Below are positions 26,199-38,780 of a DNA stretch of 64,000 nucleotides, piece by piece. The DNA is taken from assembly GCF_006345805.1 (NCBI RefSeq), contig NC_043005.1, forward strand, positions 81,282,001-81,346,000, written 5' to 3'. Under the pieces are notes generated by a model. That model searched no databases, was not told where the DNA came from, and saw only the letters and a list, made by a program, of their open reading frames with translations. A program made the position numbers and the translations under genes. This stretch comes from Octopus sinensis (Eukaryota). Every line of letters starts with the position of its first letter. Positions within the stretch are counted from its first letter, which is position 1.

Positions 26199-26409
26199 TC
26201 TATATGCATAAATGTGTAATGGTGTCGTGTGTGTGTGTGTGTGCGCGCGCGCATTTGTGGGTTACTTTCGTTGCAGTTTTTGCATTTTTTCACGTGTAAA
26301 ATTTCAAAATCAATAGAATAGTCTCTCGGGAAACGCTTATTCAATACAAAGTCAGACGTAGGCTTAACTTCAACAAGGAAAACACGAGCAACGCCGGGTC
26401 CAACACTTA
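26199..26409 (+). mobile_element. Short non-autonomous Helitron-like element
   Basis: A|TCTATATGCATAAA...(TG)n start; 3' CACGAGCAACGCCGGG motif typical of Helitron ends; terminal CTAG is degenerate. Confidence 0.55.
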
Positions 26410-27221
26410 TCTATATATATAAAACTCAACTTGTGTGTCTGTGTGTTTAACTTCCCGGCACATCTCCTCCTAGCTAACAAATCGTAGAACCACCAAAAAT
26501 GGGTCACTTAAAGTTTAGGGGAATGAAAATTGAACCGCGCTATTTCTGTTCCGAAATTCATCTTGCAAGTTCAAAAATAGATAATGTGTTTGTTTAGGCC
26601 TTATACCATGCATTGAATAGTTAACTTTACACAGTCAGCTGTTTGACGTGAACTGTGTTCACCACGTGGCGAGCATGCGTACATTGCATGAAAATTAAAA
26701 AAATCAAGATATAAAAACAAATCGCCGTAAACATTGTAGAAATTCAGCAAAGAAATGAATTTTCGGGATGATGCCTGGAGTGGCTTTTCGTATTAATCGT
26801 TTGGACTTTGTGAACACATACCAATTGTTTTCGTAACATTTTTAACGCTTTGAATTAAATGTGACCATTTTGCGTTGAGTCTGCAGTTTGAATCACTTTC
26901 ACCAAATTTTAGCAGGCCGGATTTTTGATCATCACGATACATCGCCAGCGACTCTCTGAAACTCTCCCCTGAAATCCCCGTTGAAAAATACTGATCTAAA
27001 AGAATAATTCAACAAAGCAATTATTCGGTGACCAAAAAGTTATGAAACGCTTCTACGCACTTCCTATTGAGGAAATGGAACACATAAGCACAAAAATAGA
27101 GGGCATTAAATGCTTGATTTTAAAACCAAAATAATTGAATTTTGATTGAACTTCATCCAAGTTTAGCTTAATTCGCGCGTGCATAGAACGCACGAGCGCA
27201 CGAGCCGGGCAATACTGCTAG
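26410..27221 (+). mobile_element. Non-autonomous Helitron
   Basis: 5' A|TCTATATATATAAAACTCAACTTGTGTGTCTG; 3' GCCGGGCAATACTGCTAG|T; A/T insertion site and no TSD. Confidence 0.75.
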
Positions 27222-28395
27222 TATATAATATATTCAATGGGTGCTGAATTGCCAAAACTAATACAATGTGGGACAAAATGTTTTTTCACTTCTTTTTTTT
27301 AAATTTTGTGTCTTTACCTTCTGAGTTCATATCCTCCCAAAGACACGATTCCATTTCATTCCTTTGCCATCAAATCAATCGAACACCAGTCATTTCCCGG
27401 GGACATTATAATCATTTTAATCCTCACAGAAATCGAAAGCATTGTATATTGTATATGCCAGAATTCAATGAAATATATTTACCCCTATTGGAGATAGGCC
27501 TTAGAAATAAATCAAAATCGATTTGTTTTATCAATCTGTTACAAGCGAATGTTTTGTTTTCTCATAACAACCTTGCCAATCATATTTGACATTTCCTATA
27601 GAATATAATTTTTTTGAAAGCTGCTGCATCGGCAAAGATATGAAGATTGATTTCGATCTTGTTTATTGGAGAGCAACCTAAATATGTTTTGTGAGATTTT
27701 CTTTTTACTTTATTTTGACAAATACATGACATATACATCGTGATAAAAGCAAATGTTATTTTTTTACATATTTGTAACACTTTAGATTTAAAACCCTTAC
27801 TATAGAACTCATTTTTGGTGGAAATAAAGTATTCTTAGAACTGTAGGTGACAGGTCGTCAGTGTGAAAAACGTATTTGTCACAGGAAACGCGCAATGTTT
27901 TTTGGTCGTGGTTATGTTGCCTAGTCAACAATTTTTGGTTTTTGTTCAAACATCTTCTGACCCAAACAATGCAACGTAATGTAAAACTGTTTTGAAACCA
28001 TTGGGTACCGTTTTCAATGGAAGTTGGATACTGATCTTAGCTGTTCGAACAATTCTGTAGATGTTCCTTTCTTGGATAGTTTCCAGAGAAATCTATTGAA
28101 ATACTGAGCTGCTAGCTGAATCTCTACGGAACAAGAATTTCGAACAGAATGAATGTCAGTTCGTATTGTTTAACCCACTTGCGTAAGACATAATGGATCA
28201 GATCTAGAATTGAATACATACCATGTTTAGATATAAATGCCCAATGCAGGGAATAACTCTACGTTTATTAAGAGTGACAATTCTCATTTCGAAATAGGTT
28301 AAAGGGCAGGGAATTGTGTACGCTTTTGGAATGCCTAAACCAGTAGTTTAAGCATACAGACAACATTAGTGAATATCAAGCAGAATAAAATATTA

Positions 28396-28539
28396 CCATC
28401 ACCACCAACAACAACATCACCACCAACAACAACATCACCACCAACAACAACATCACCACCACCAACAACATCACCACCAACAACAACATCACCACCAACA
28501 ACAACATCACCACCAGCAACAACATCCCCACCACCAACA
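28396..28539. repeat. 18-bp minisatellite (CCACCAACAACAACATCA)n, ~8 units
   Basis: Directly visible; a similar CCA/CAA tract resumes after the SINE at ~28914-28933. Confidence 0.9.
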
Positions 28540-28914
28540 GGAGGCGCAATGGCCCAGCGGTTAGGTGAGCGTACTTGCGGTCGGAGGATCGCGGTTTCGA
28601 TTCCCAGACCGGAGGTTGTGTGTGTTTATTAAGCGAAAACACCAAAAGCTGCACGAGGCTCCGGCAGGGGGTGGTGGTGACCCCTGTTGTACTCTTTCGC
28701 TCCAGCTTTCTCTCACTCTTTCTTCCTGTTTCTTGTCCCCGATTTCCTACGCAGCCGCTGAGCCTGGATGTGCATTCATCCATCCGTCGATGCTCTCGGT
28801 GTCGGGGGTTGACCTGCTTTCTCTTCCGCGGGTCTTACGTATAGCAAAAGGACCACGTTTCGGACTTCTCCTACTAGGACGAAGACCGCTTCGTTCAAAA
28901 ACAAACAAACAAAC
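28540..28914 (+). mobile_element. tRNA-derived SINE (body B, tail T2) with (AAAC)n tail
   Basis: A-box TGGCCCAGCGG, B-box GTTTCGATTCC; body similar to 879-1060 (GCTCCGGCAG...CTCTTTCGC..CTTTCTCTCACTCT) but a different 3' region. Confidence 0.88.
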
Positions 28915-29044
28915 ACCACCACCACAACCACCAAGGACAAAGATATTGAGTAGTGTTGGCCATAAAAATTTTTATGGTCCTATCCAAAATTTCAAAACCA
29001 AGGCCAACGACAGTGGCAATAGAATTATAGAGATTAAACCATTA

Positions 29045-29249
29045 GCAGGAGAGAATAAAGGAATCGTTAGAACGCCGGACAAATTACTTACAGGCATTTC
29101 GTCCGTCTTTATGTCCCGAGTTCAAATTTCGCCAAGTTCGACTTTGCGTTTCGGGATGGGTAAGAGAAATACCAGTTGTGTACTGAGGTCGATGTAATCG
29201 ACTTACTCCCTCCTGAGAAATTACTAGGCGTCTGCCAAAATTTGAAACC
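29045..29249 (+). mobile_element. Decayed family-M SINE
   Basis: GAATCGTTAGAACGCCGG...GAGTTCAAATTTCGCC...GGTCGATGTAATCGACTT...TTTGAAACC. Confidence 0.75.
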
Positions 29250-29416
29250 AAAATTTCCATTAAAAACTGTAAATTATTTTGCGGGAATTTACGTCATCAG
29301 TGAAAAATGGTACATGCGCGTGCACGCTCACGCACATACACAACGCTCACACACACACACACAACACACATATAGGATCATAACATCATAAAACGTAGCT
29401 AGAATCGTTCTTTCAA

Positions 29417-29826
29417 CTCTCTTTACTCTTTTACTCCTTTATTTGCTTCAGTCATGTGACTGTGGCCATGCTAGAGCACCGCTTTTAGTCGAGCAAATCG
29501 ACCCCAAGACTTACTCTTTATAAGCCTAGTACTTATTCTATCGCTCTCTTTTGCCGAACCGCTAAGTTACGGGCTCGTAAACACACCAGTATCGGTTGTC
29601 AATCGATGTTGGGGGAAAACACAGACACACAAACATATACACACATTCATATATATATATATATATATATACATATTTACGACGGGCTTCTTACAGTTTC
29701 CGTCTACCAAATCCACTCACAAGGCTTTGGCCGGCCCGAGGCTATAGTAGAAGACACTTGCCCACGGTGCCACGTTGTGAGACTGAAGCCGGAACCACGT
29801 GGTTCGTAAGCAAGCTACTTACCACA
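29417..29826 (-). mobile_element. SINE family A, near full length
   Basis: Reverse complement of the family-A consensus. Confidence 0.92.
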
Positions 29827-30099
29827 TAATCACTCTATTTTTTATGGAGAATGTGAAGAGAAAGTAGATATAGCAGTTCTTTAGCATCTAAGGAAGTCAT
29901 ACTCAAAAAACTAAGAAATAATTTATTCTCTTTTATCCCACTGTCCCATGCGTTCTTTTAACGCCGTCCGGTGTTTACAGGCGACATTTACGCAGATATA
30001 ACCATAACGCCTTCGGCTACTCTCGCTTGTTTTTGAACTCTTGGAAAACACCGCCGACACTGTTCTCTCTTATTTAGCTAATCTATAACAAACACAAAC

Positions 30100-30360
30100 A
30101 TAGGAGGAATTACAACCGTGTTTCGTGGTCTGCTACCACAACAGCTCCTTTATAGGATCCAGTTAGCTCAAGACATCATCAAGAGGGACCACGTCCGGTT
30201 TCGGCCCCTACTCCTCTACCGTTTTGACTTGGCGGGGCCCCCTTTTCGGAGGTGTCTTCAGCTCTGGTGTTGGGTGCATGTCTTCTTGTTTCTTCTGTTC
30301 GCTGGCCTCTTCGGTGTAGCGTCAACGAGTGTCAGCATTGCGACTGACTGACTGACTTGT
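30100..30360 (-). mobile_element. GC-rich repeat with two tandem hammerhead-like motifs
   Basis: Reverse complement GCTGAAGA...GGCCCC..GGGGCC-GAAA-CCGG, then TTGATGA...GTGGT-AGCAG-ACCAC-GAAA-CACGG. Confidence 0.45.
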
Positions 30361-31779
30361 CAATTTTTTTTCCCTTTAATAGTAAGTTAAAATTGAGAAA
30401 GGAAACGTGACTTCACTACGAATGAAGCGAATCTCAATTAATGGGCGAAACATTATAGAGGTAAAATCCATAAATAAAACTGAGCTTGAACCTTTATATG
30501 AACATCATGCAATAAATTTAACTTTCTTATTGACACACCGGCACATTTGAAGTGGGATACAGCTATAACGATAATCTGAAGCGGTTTCAATATCGTATTA
30601 AAGCAGATTGCATTTTCAAATCACTATCCGTTATAAATATATGTTGAATTATGAAAGTAACATAATGGAAATAATACTTATTAACTCATGATAATAGCAT
30701 TTAAATTTGTATGCCTCTGAATGACTCTCAGTCGCTGTAAATGATATACATATAAATGATATAATCTCAGGTGCTTAAATATTTACATCTTTCTAGGAAG
30801 TCTGAGAAGAGAAATGTGTTTATTCGTTTTTTACAGAACGCTGATATTAATATTCAGTTTGATAACTTGCTGATATTTCTGGGCAATCTATACGCTTTCC
30901 TCTTGTTTTGCTGCCTTTTTCAATCGTCCAGAGAGTACTTTACACTCGTTGCATTATTTCATACGAAACGTCTACACGAAACTGAAATACAAAAGAGAGA
31001 CTATATTGTATAGTTTTCACGGAATCATTTCATGGACACTTTAAAGCGTACTTGAATGATTTCTAGTGATTATATTCATACCACTACAAAAGCGTAATTT
31101 CCTGAATGGAAAGAATTAAAACACCAAATTATATCAGTGTGCATTCTTTGCATTCAGCAGGCTGCTATACAAAGAGGCTGGAGCACAAGGCCAGTATAGT
31201 ATATTGTTGGTGGTGTACATAGTACCCCGTTTGATTGACAAGTATAGTTGCAATTCTATATAACTTTCTTTACAAAATATGTTTATTTATTTTTGTATAC
31301 TCTTATTATTTGAAAGCTTTCTACATTACGATTGAATTAAAATTTTATAAGGTTGCTACATAATGAATGCTGTTATTAATGTTCAATTAGAGCCAATTAT
31401 GTTCAGCGTAATTTTCGATATTCTACAGCTAATATTAGGTTGCCGAACTAATTAAACCATTAGCTGAGCAATGAATTGGAGTGGTTTTATTAATGAAATA
31501 CAATTCTCTTAATACTCTGTAACTTTAGTGAGACTAATCAAACACATTTTTAAAACCAAATTATTCTATTTTCAGCTGCTTAAGATTTAGATTAATGGGT
31601 GATAATGCATACAAAGATATGGTCATCGACCGCAACAAGGGAAATACGCAAGGCCAATGGGTTTAAATACATCACCAACATTATAGACAGGGAAACCTGA
31701 AGGAAAACGAGTTGCAGGAACGTAATTTTTATCATAATATTAGTTCTAGCAAAAGTCACGTTGACAGGGTCGCTCGTGT

Positions 31780-32021
31780 GTCGGATAAAAAGAAGCTTGA
31801 CGACATTGTTTCGGACACGCTACGTTCTGAACTCAATCTCCACCGAAGTGAACTTTAGGAGTCTCTGTGTGGTAAGTAGCTTGCTTACCAACCACATGGT
31901 TCTGGGTTCAGTCCCACTGTGTGGCATCTTGGGCAAGTGTCTTCTACAATAGCCTAAGGCCGCCCAATGCCTTGTGAGTGGATTTGGTAGACGGGAACTG
32001 AAAAACGTCCGTCGTTTATAT

Positions 32022-32075
<54 letters not shown>

Positions 32076-32380
32076 TTCTGTCTGTGTTTGTCCCCCTAGC
32101 ATTGCTTGACAACCGATGCTGGTGTGTTTATGTCCCCATCACTTAGCAGTTCGGCAAAAGACCCCGATAGATTAAGTACTGAACATACAAAGAATAAGTC
32201 CCCGGGACGATTTGTTCGACTAGAGGCAGGGTTCCAGCATGGCTGTAGTCAAATGACTGAAACAAGTAAAAGAGTATCTATCCCTTCAGGATCGGTTGAA
32301 TAAAATTACCGGTGAAATACTGATATAAGGAGCTTGGTCCAGGCCCTAACGACTATTGGCATTGTGTCCAAATTAGCAGG
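31780..32380 (+). mobile_element. Old family-M SINE interrupted by a family-A SINE
   Basis: Head ...CGTTCTGAACTCAATCTCCACCGAAGTGAACTTT breaks at ~31856 and resumes as ATCCCTTCAGGATCGGTTGAATAAAATTACC at ~32280. Confidence 0.55.
31857..32276 (+). mobile_element. SINE family A, near full length
   Basis: Close similarity to 22382-22788. Confidence 0.92.
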
Positions 32381-32549
32381 CGTATTAGGTCTACAATATT
32401 TCTATATTTAATAGATGTTCATTTCTAATGAGAATACACATATATAAAGAATATTTAAAAAGAAATAGCTATAATATCACCTATAACATCGTACATAACA
32501 TGAAACTAATCCTAATCTACTTAGCAGACCGTTCTCCTAAGACACTAAA

Positions 32550-32670
32550 TGGTTTACGTATCTTCAACGTCGTTCTGCAATAGGAAGATCTAATCATACA
32601 GAAGGAAGCCACAACACAAATATGAAAAAGTAAATCGGAATTACCAAAGAACGCTTCAAGCGCTTATGCC
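32550..32670 (+). pseudogene. Possible RTE LINE RT fragment
   Basis: FTYL...G..HTEG..NTNMKS / IGITKERFKRL resembles RTE FxYLGSxxTxDG...EIKxRIGxAKxxFxxL. Confidence 0.35.
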
Positions 32671-32981
32671 TCAAAAATATCGTGTCCTTCACAAAGCGAT
32701 GAGAATACCAAAACCTTGTAATATGTATCAAGCAAAAAACAATAGTACATAACTTTATATCAGCTAGATTTCAGAACATTGCAGGTCTTTGCTCAAAAAT
32801 GCAAAGATTAGAAATCTATCATATTCCTAGTAATCCAAACAAACTTACCAAAAGCAAACTTGTATACAGGTTCAGGTATAAATGTATGGTCAAGATGTGT
32901 CCTTATATTTTCGAACATAGGAGTTTAACACACATATAGGATCATAACATCATAAGACGTAGCTAGAATCGTTCTTTCAAC

Positions 32982-33213
32982 ACTCTTTACTCTTTTACTC
33001 CTTTACTTGCTTCAGTCATGTGACTGTGGCCATGCTAGAGCACCGCTTTTAGTCGAGCAAATCGACCCCAGGACTTATTCTTTATAAGCCTAGTACTTAT
33101 TCTATCGCTCTCTTTTGCCGAACCGCTAAGTTACGGGGTCGTAAACACACCAGTATCGGTTGTCAATCGATGTTGGGGGGGAAAACACAGACACACAAAC
33201 ATATACACACATT

Positions 33214-33248
<35 letters not shown>

Positions 33249-33312
33249 TATATACGACGGGCTTCTTACAGTTTCCGTTACTAAATCCACTCACAAAGCT
33301 TTGGCCGGCCCG
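32982..33312 (-). mobile_element. Family-A SINE, 5'-truncated, part of a local duplication of 29363-29738
   Basis: Shares ~55 bp of unique flank and private substitutions with the 29417 copy. Confidence 0.9.
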
Positions 33313-33852
33313 TACCAATTGTTCGGGGTTATTTCTCTTCATCAGAACAGAATAACTGCTCGGCTTGAGTGGGGAATCTGAAATACCATGTTCGAAAATA
33401 TAAGAACGCAGGTAGTGCGTCGTATAGCCAGCTGGAGAAGATGTTTCTCGAGTCTAAATGGTAATTGTCGTCGTAACCAGGACGGTCACATCATGATGGC
33501 AACTGATCTTCACTCTAGAATACTGTTACTGAATGTCAGTCGTTCAGAGATTTAAAAATATTAAGTTTCTATTTATTAGATTAGTAACTGTGTGTCACTT
33601 TGAAAAGTATATATTTCGAACAAGAATTTGGTGGCGCCATCTCTAGCCATGCAGTTATCTTGTGCTGATGAAGAGAAATAAACCAGAAACCACTGGTACT
33701 GCTTTGAGCTGAGTGGGGATGCAAAACTCGAAAATGTAAGGACGCAGACTTTATCGTATATATAGCTGGAGATAATTTTTCCTCGGGCTAAATAACGGTA
33801 ACAATCGTCCTAACCAAGACTGCCACATTATGTTGGCAAATAATCTTTACTT
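33312..33852. repeat. Two diverged ~200-bp direct repeats, each beginning with a hammerhead-like module (33312-33359 minus; 33651-33702 plus)
   Basis: 33651 reads GCAG..CTGATGA-A..GAAA-CCACTGG-TA-CTGC; both units continue TGAGTGGGG..CGAAAAT.TAAG.ACGCAG..GCTGGAGA..TAACCA.GAC..CACAT.ATG.TGGCAA. Confidence 0.7.
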
Positions 33853-34708
33853 ATATATATGTGTGTGTGTTGTGTATGTGTGTAAAAAGTAACACTGCGT
33901 GAGAGAAATGGAGAAAGAAAGAAGACAATAGGGTCATACAGAATATTTATAAACTTACTGTAAAAAAAAAATCGGCTGTGCGTACGTAATGTTACTTAAT
34001 AAATGAAAAAAAAAGGCATTGTAAATAAATAACGTGTACATATACTGAGAGTACAAATAGACGGGATAGAGACAAAGAGGATCCCTAATTCTTCATCATA
34101 TATCTTATTTTCTCTCTCACCCTCTTCCAATTTTAGTCTGTCCACTTTCCCTTTTTTCTCTCTCGTCTTCTCACTTATAGTTGTAGCCTTTCTCCTTCAC
34201 ATTTCCCCCTACAAATCCTCACTTGTTTTCCCCTATTTTCTCTCTGTCACATTCTCTCCCTTTCTCCTCTACCTGCTGCTGACACGTAACCCGTGACCAG
34301 CTTTCTTTCTTTCTCTCCCTTCTTCACACCGGCCGCCCAGACATTCTAGCGCAAAAAATTTTCGTCTCTCTATTTCCATATCCTTTAGGATTTCTTCTAA
34401 GCATTACCCACCATCCTTGTCTTTTGGGCCCTAACACCGTATTTTGCTCGGTTTCCATTTGTTTCGTCATTGTCCATTGCCTTAAATTATTTTTTTTACT
34501 TTCCACTCTGTGTTGTTTTGTTTACTTGATGCTCGACATTCTCTGCGACTTTTGCAGGCAGCAGCAATATGGGAAGTTCTCAGTCTTACCATTAATGGTG
34601 TAAAACTGAATATTACCATTTTGGTTGATAACTGATAAAGAATTAGGGACCTTCTTTGTATGTCCCCCGTCCAGTTGTACCTCAATATACGTGTGTGTTT
34701 GTGTTTGT

Positions 34709-34925
34709 GGAGGCGTGTTGCAAAATTGTGGTTTCGATATCACGACCGGACGATGCGTTGTGTTTTTGACCAAAACACTTCATTTCAGGTTGCTCCAGTC
34801 TATTCAGCTGGCAAAAATAAGTAACCTAGCAACGGACCGGCGTCCTATCCAGGTGGGGGAATATACGTGCCATTGAAACCGGGAAACCGGCCCTCATGAC
34901 CCTGGCATTGCTCGAGAAGGAAATA
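34709..34925 (+). mobile_element. SINE (CORE-like body C, tail T1), head partly deleted
   Basis: Body like 13766; tail ACGGACCGGCGTCCTATCCAGGTGGGG..GAAACCGGGAAACCGG..GCTCGAGAAGGAA like 879-1180. Confidence 0.8.
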
Positions 34926-36129
34926 TTTATTTTTATAAGGATTAAAAAGTTTTGAATGGTACAACAATGCACTATAATACAGGCAATGGGCTATATACCT
35001 CTTATAATTTAGTCATCCATGGTCTGATATGATATTTCGGAATAATATTCCTTCTTCAGATATTCTTAGATGGAGTCGCTGCTATAATCGGTATTCTATT
35101 TTTATGTTATATATACACACATTCACACGTAACATATATATGCGTGTGTGTGTGAAATGTCTATGCGTCTGCGATTAGGTTAACTCTTTTGAGCAGCTCA
35201 AAAATACCTATTTTTTAAACAAATAAACCATGTGTTATGGAATATTTCTGTTAGCTTAATCTTTTTGATAATATACTCTAATCAATTTCCCACAATGAAA
35301 TATGTATAATAAATACTTCCAATAATCCGTTTTCCGAATATTCTTAACTGAAGTAAGTTAAGGGCTGAGACTTGTTTAATATCTGGAAATAAATAATTGC
35401 ATTCCAGGAACTAAATTATACAGGAATCCCTCCAAGGCAACAGCTGCAATTCCGCAGCTGTTACTTCTCATTTAACTCAATATAAATGACGTTCGGTAAT
35501 GCTTTTTCTAAACCTCTGAACAGGTATTTTGTTTTCTACTAACATACATGCCGGCTGTTGTAGTTGAGAAAAGAAATTAATCTCGTTAAATAAAGATCAT
35601 TAAGTTAATGGCAGGAGTCATAAGTCTTTTACTCCTCAAGGTTTCATGAATTAACCACGTAATGTTATAAACTGCTAGTATCATCATATTTTCATAATTT
35701 CATAGACTATGTCTAAATCATTGCGAAATACATAGATAACCATTTCGAATTCTTTGTATTAGAATTTACTTATTCTTTTTATAGAAGCCTTTCTATCCCC
35801 ATGAAGCATAGACCATCGGCCATCTTACTTTACTGATCTCGAATTTATGCTATCATTTCTGCTTCTCTCCAATCAGATTCCTGCTTTTCAGTACTGACTT
35901 ATCCAGTCTCTTATTGCGTATTTTTAAATTCCTGATAGTCTAAAAGAGAGCATCCTTACAGTTTCCTTTTTGATTTTCCTACCACGTGCAATGTGCTTCC
36001 CTAAATGTAGGTTCACCTCTCCCAAAGAAGCTAATTTTGAACAGTCATCAATGCTTTTGCAAGTTTGCGTTTTTTTATTTTCTAGGTAGGGGTGTTGGCA
36101 ATACTTAAACCTATTTTTACTTTTGAGGC

Positions 36130-36965
36130 TGCTTTTGCCAAGACATCAATCTTGCATGAGTTTTCCAATTGCCTTAAGAAGTCTTGAAGTTTCAATGGGA
36201 TTGAGCCCAACGCTCCGATCACCACTGGTATCACTTTTACATTACCTTCTCGCATTCCAGTCAGTCTTGCCATTTCCACATTGAATGCAGAGTACGTGTT
36301 GATTTTCTATCAACCACTTTATTCAGAACTTTCATGTCATTTGGTATGACGACGTCAATGATCTGACGGTATTTGTCTCTCATATTCAACATGTCAATAT
36401 CCGGCCGACGGTGTTCCATTACACGAGCCGTCCCACTGTATCGTTACTTTTCCATCCTCCTGCATAACGTTACTTGGTACATGCTCATACCAGCTCTCTG
36501 TAACTTTGTTGGTATTTACGGCATAAGAACCATTGAAAATACACAAACACTTTATCGTGGCGGTGTTTGTATTCTTTTTGTGTAAGGCTCTCACATCCAC
36601 TTAGCAAGTGGATCATATTTTCCACACTCTTTCCACAGAGTTTGCATTTTGAGGTGACAGAGGTTTTATTGATGTTATACTGCACTGAATTGGTAGCGAG
36701 AGCTGGTCTTGTGCAGCAGTGATCAGGCTATTGGTTGTACGTTTGAAATCACCTCGCTCAAGCCATGCCCACGATACAGTATTATCCTTAACGTATCATG
36801 TATTCCTTTCAAACTCTCCATGCATTCGCATTTCAAGAAGGTCTTCTTTCCTCTTCTCTTCAGGTCTTTGGTTAAACTCTACCTTACTCATCATTTCATC
36901 TACATTTACACCCATATCTTTCGCAGCATATTGCAGCAGGTCTTCATCTCTTTTTATCAAAATGG
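36130..36965 (-). pseudogene. R4/Dong-like non-LTR retrotransposon C-terminus (CCHC knuckle plus restriction-like endonuclease), decayed, cut by the assembly gap
   Basis: MHGEF..SWAWLERGD..AAQDQ; CKLCGKSVENMIHLLSGC..EYKHRHDKV; WYEHVP..IQWD; HRRPDI..IIDVVIPND; VIPVVIGALG. Confidence 0.88.
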
Positions 36966-37065
36966 NNNNNNNNNNNNNNNNNNNNNNNNNNNNNNNNNNN
37001 NNNNNNNNNNNNNNNNNNNNNNNNNNNNNNNNNNNNNNNNNNNNNNNNNNNNNNNNNNNNNNNNN
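36966..37065. other. Assembly gap (100 N)
   Basis: Run of N. Confidence 1.
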
Positions 37066-38599
37066 TATACATATATATATATACATATATACATATATAT
37101 ATTACATAATATATATATATATATAAAATATATATATACATATACTAATATATATACATATATATATATATACATATATATATATATGTGGGTTTGTGTG
37201 TTGTTTGTGTGTGTGTGTGTGTGTACGTATGGATGGAATTCTCAATAATTATTGACTACCAAGTTCCATACAAAATATATCGGGTAAACCAACGAAATTT
37301 CAAAAATTATTCGCGTCACAGGCTGCGCGGTGGAATCGTTCTCGGAACGACAGATTTGCAAAGCAAACGTTTTAACTACAGTTATCAACGTCTTTCTCCC
37401 CATTCCGTCTTCATTTTACATAGACGTTAAATGCATAAATAATATCACTATTCGTGAAAGAAAAAAAATCTTATGAAAATATTATTTTAATGTCGAATTT
37501 CTCCCTCAAAAATAAAAAGAAAGATACTGTTATCATTCTCCATATGTTGGTAAAATGTCTGAATTTTTTGCAATTTGTGTATTTATTCATATACTTCATA
37601 ACATTCTAATCTGTTAAGTTAGACACTAAAATATAGCGACATTATCTGTGAATATGAAAAAAGTAGAAAAAATATTCTAAAATCAATAAGTTTTTCATCT
37701 TTCCTAACATATTTCTTACCAATTCCTCTTTCCGTCGTAATTTTATTTACTTTAAAAGATAAAAGAATAGATTGAAATTCCTTGAGATATACTTTCTGAT
37801 TATGTTGACTTTAATAGTCAAAGTCTATTTTGTGTTAGTACTAGTTTCACTTTTAATATTAATTGGTATTCAGATATGGTGATTAATTTCTAAAGAGAAG
37901 AAAATAAATTACATATTAGTGTAAAATTATTAAGAAACCAATAATAAATCTAATACTGAAAGAGCAGATCCCAACATAATCTAAAGACATTATATAACTT
38001 TACCGCAGTAATAGACTGTCATCGACTTTTCATTAAAGTTTCCTCGTGGCAACAAACCCGTGTATGCGAAATGCTACCATTAACTATATTCGGAACAAAT
38101 TAATGACTTGAACGCTATCAATATGCAGCAATATTATTTTCTGAAAGACATTAAAGTTTATGGACGTATTAACAGGAAAATGAAGTAGACCGATATTTTA
38201 GCGTTATAATTGGGTAGTAACACTGTATAGAGTGGAGTTAATGACGCATAGTACAATTAGTCACTGGCTTGCATTTAGTTTGGGAAATTTTATAGTGTCC
38301 ACGGCCAAGACGCTTAACACCTAGGTGACCTGATATGTACGAAGGCAGGAGCAATCCCAAATCGTAAGTTGTATTAGTTCTAAACCTACTAGAGAAAGGA
38401 TTTAAAGTGGTAGCAAAAGCAGTTTCATTTTTAAACAGAGAGTTAGTGTGTCTACTAATCTATATAGGAAGCCATGTCTTAATTATTTTCTCTCGAGCCT
38501 TAGGATTAATAAAGTCATAACTCGGTTTCAGTGACGTATAAGTGATCGAAACCACATTTCCACCGAACAGGATGCCGATCTGTTGCATGGATCAAAGAC

Positions 38600-38780
38600 A
38601 GTAATTTAAAGTTGCGGGATGAGAGGAATTACATCGAACACAGGATTTGACTGCTACTTTATTTTACTAACCCTGAAGAGACGAAAGGTAAAGTTTCATG
38701 ATGAGCTGAGAACATACGTTGCCTGAGTAAAAGCACTAAGCATTTTATCTCACGGACTAAAATTGCTGGCGGCGCATCGT
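38600..38780 (-). mobile_element. Very decayed family-M SINE
   Basis: ATTACATCGAAC..GACTGCTACTTTATTTT..CCCTGAAGAGACGAAAGGTAAAG..CTAAGCATTTT. Confidence 0.5.

Noticed and set aside
28369-28632. Mucin-like PPTTTS repeat ORF
   Set aside because: An 18-bp minisatellite running straight into a SINE, with no signal peptide or convincing splice sites.
28565-29197. 210-aa ORF
   Set aside because: Lies across two SINEs and a simple repeat, with no protein motif.
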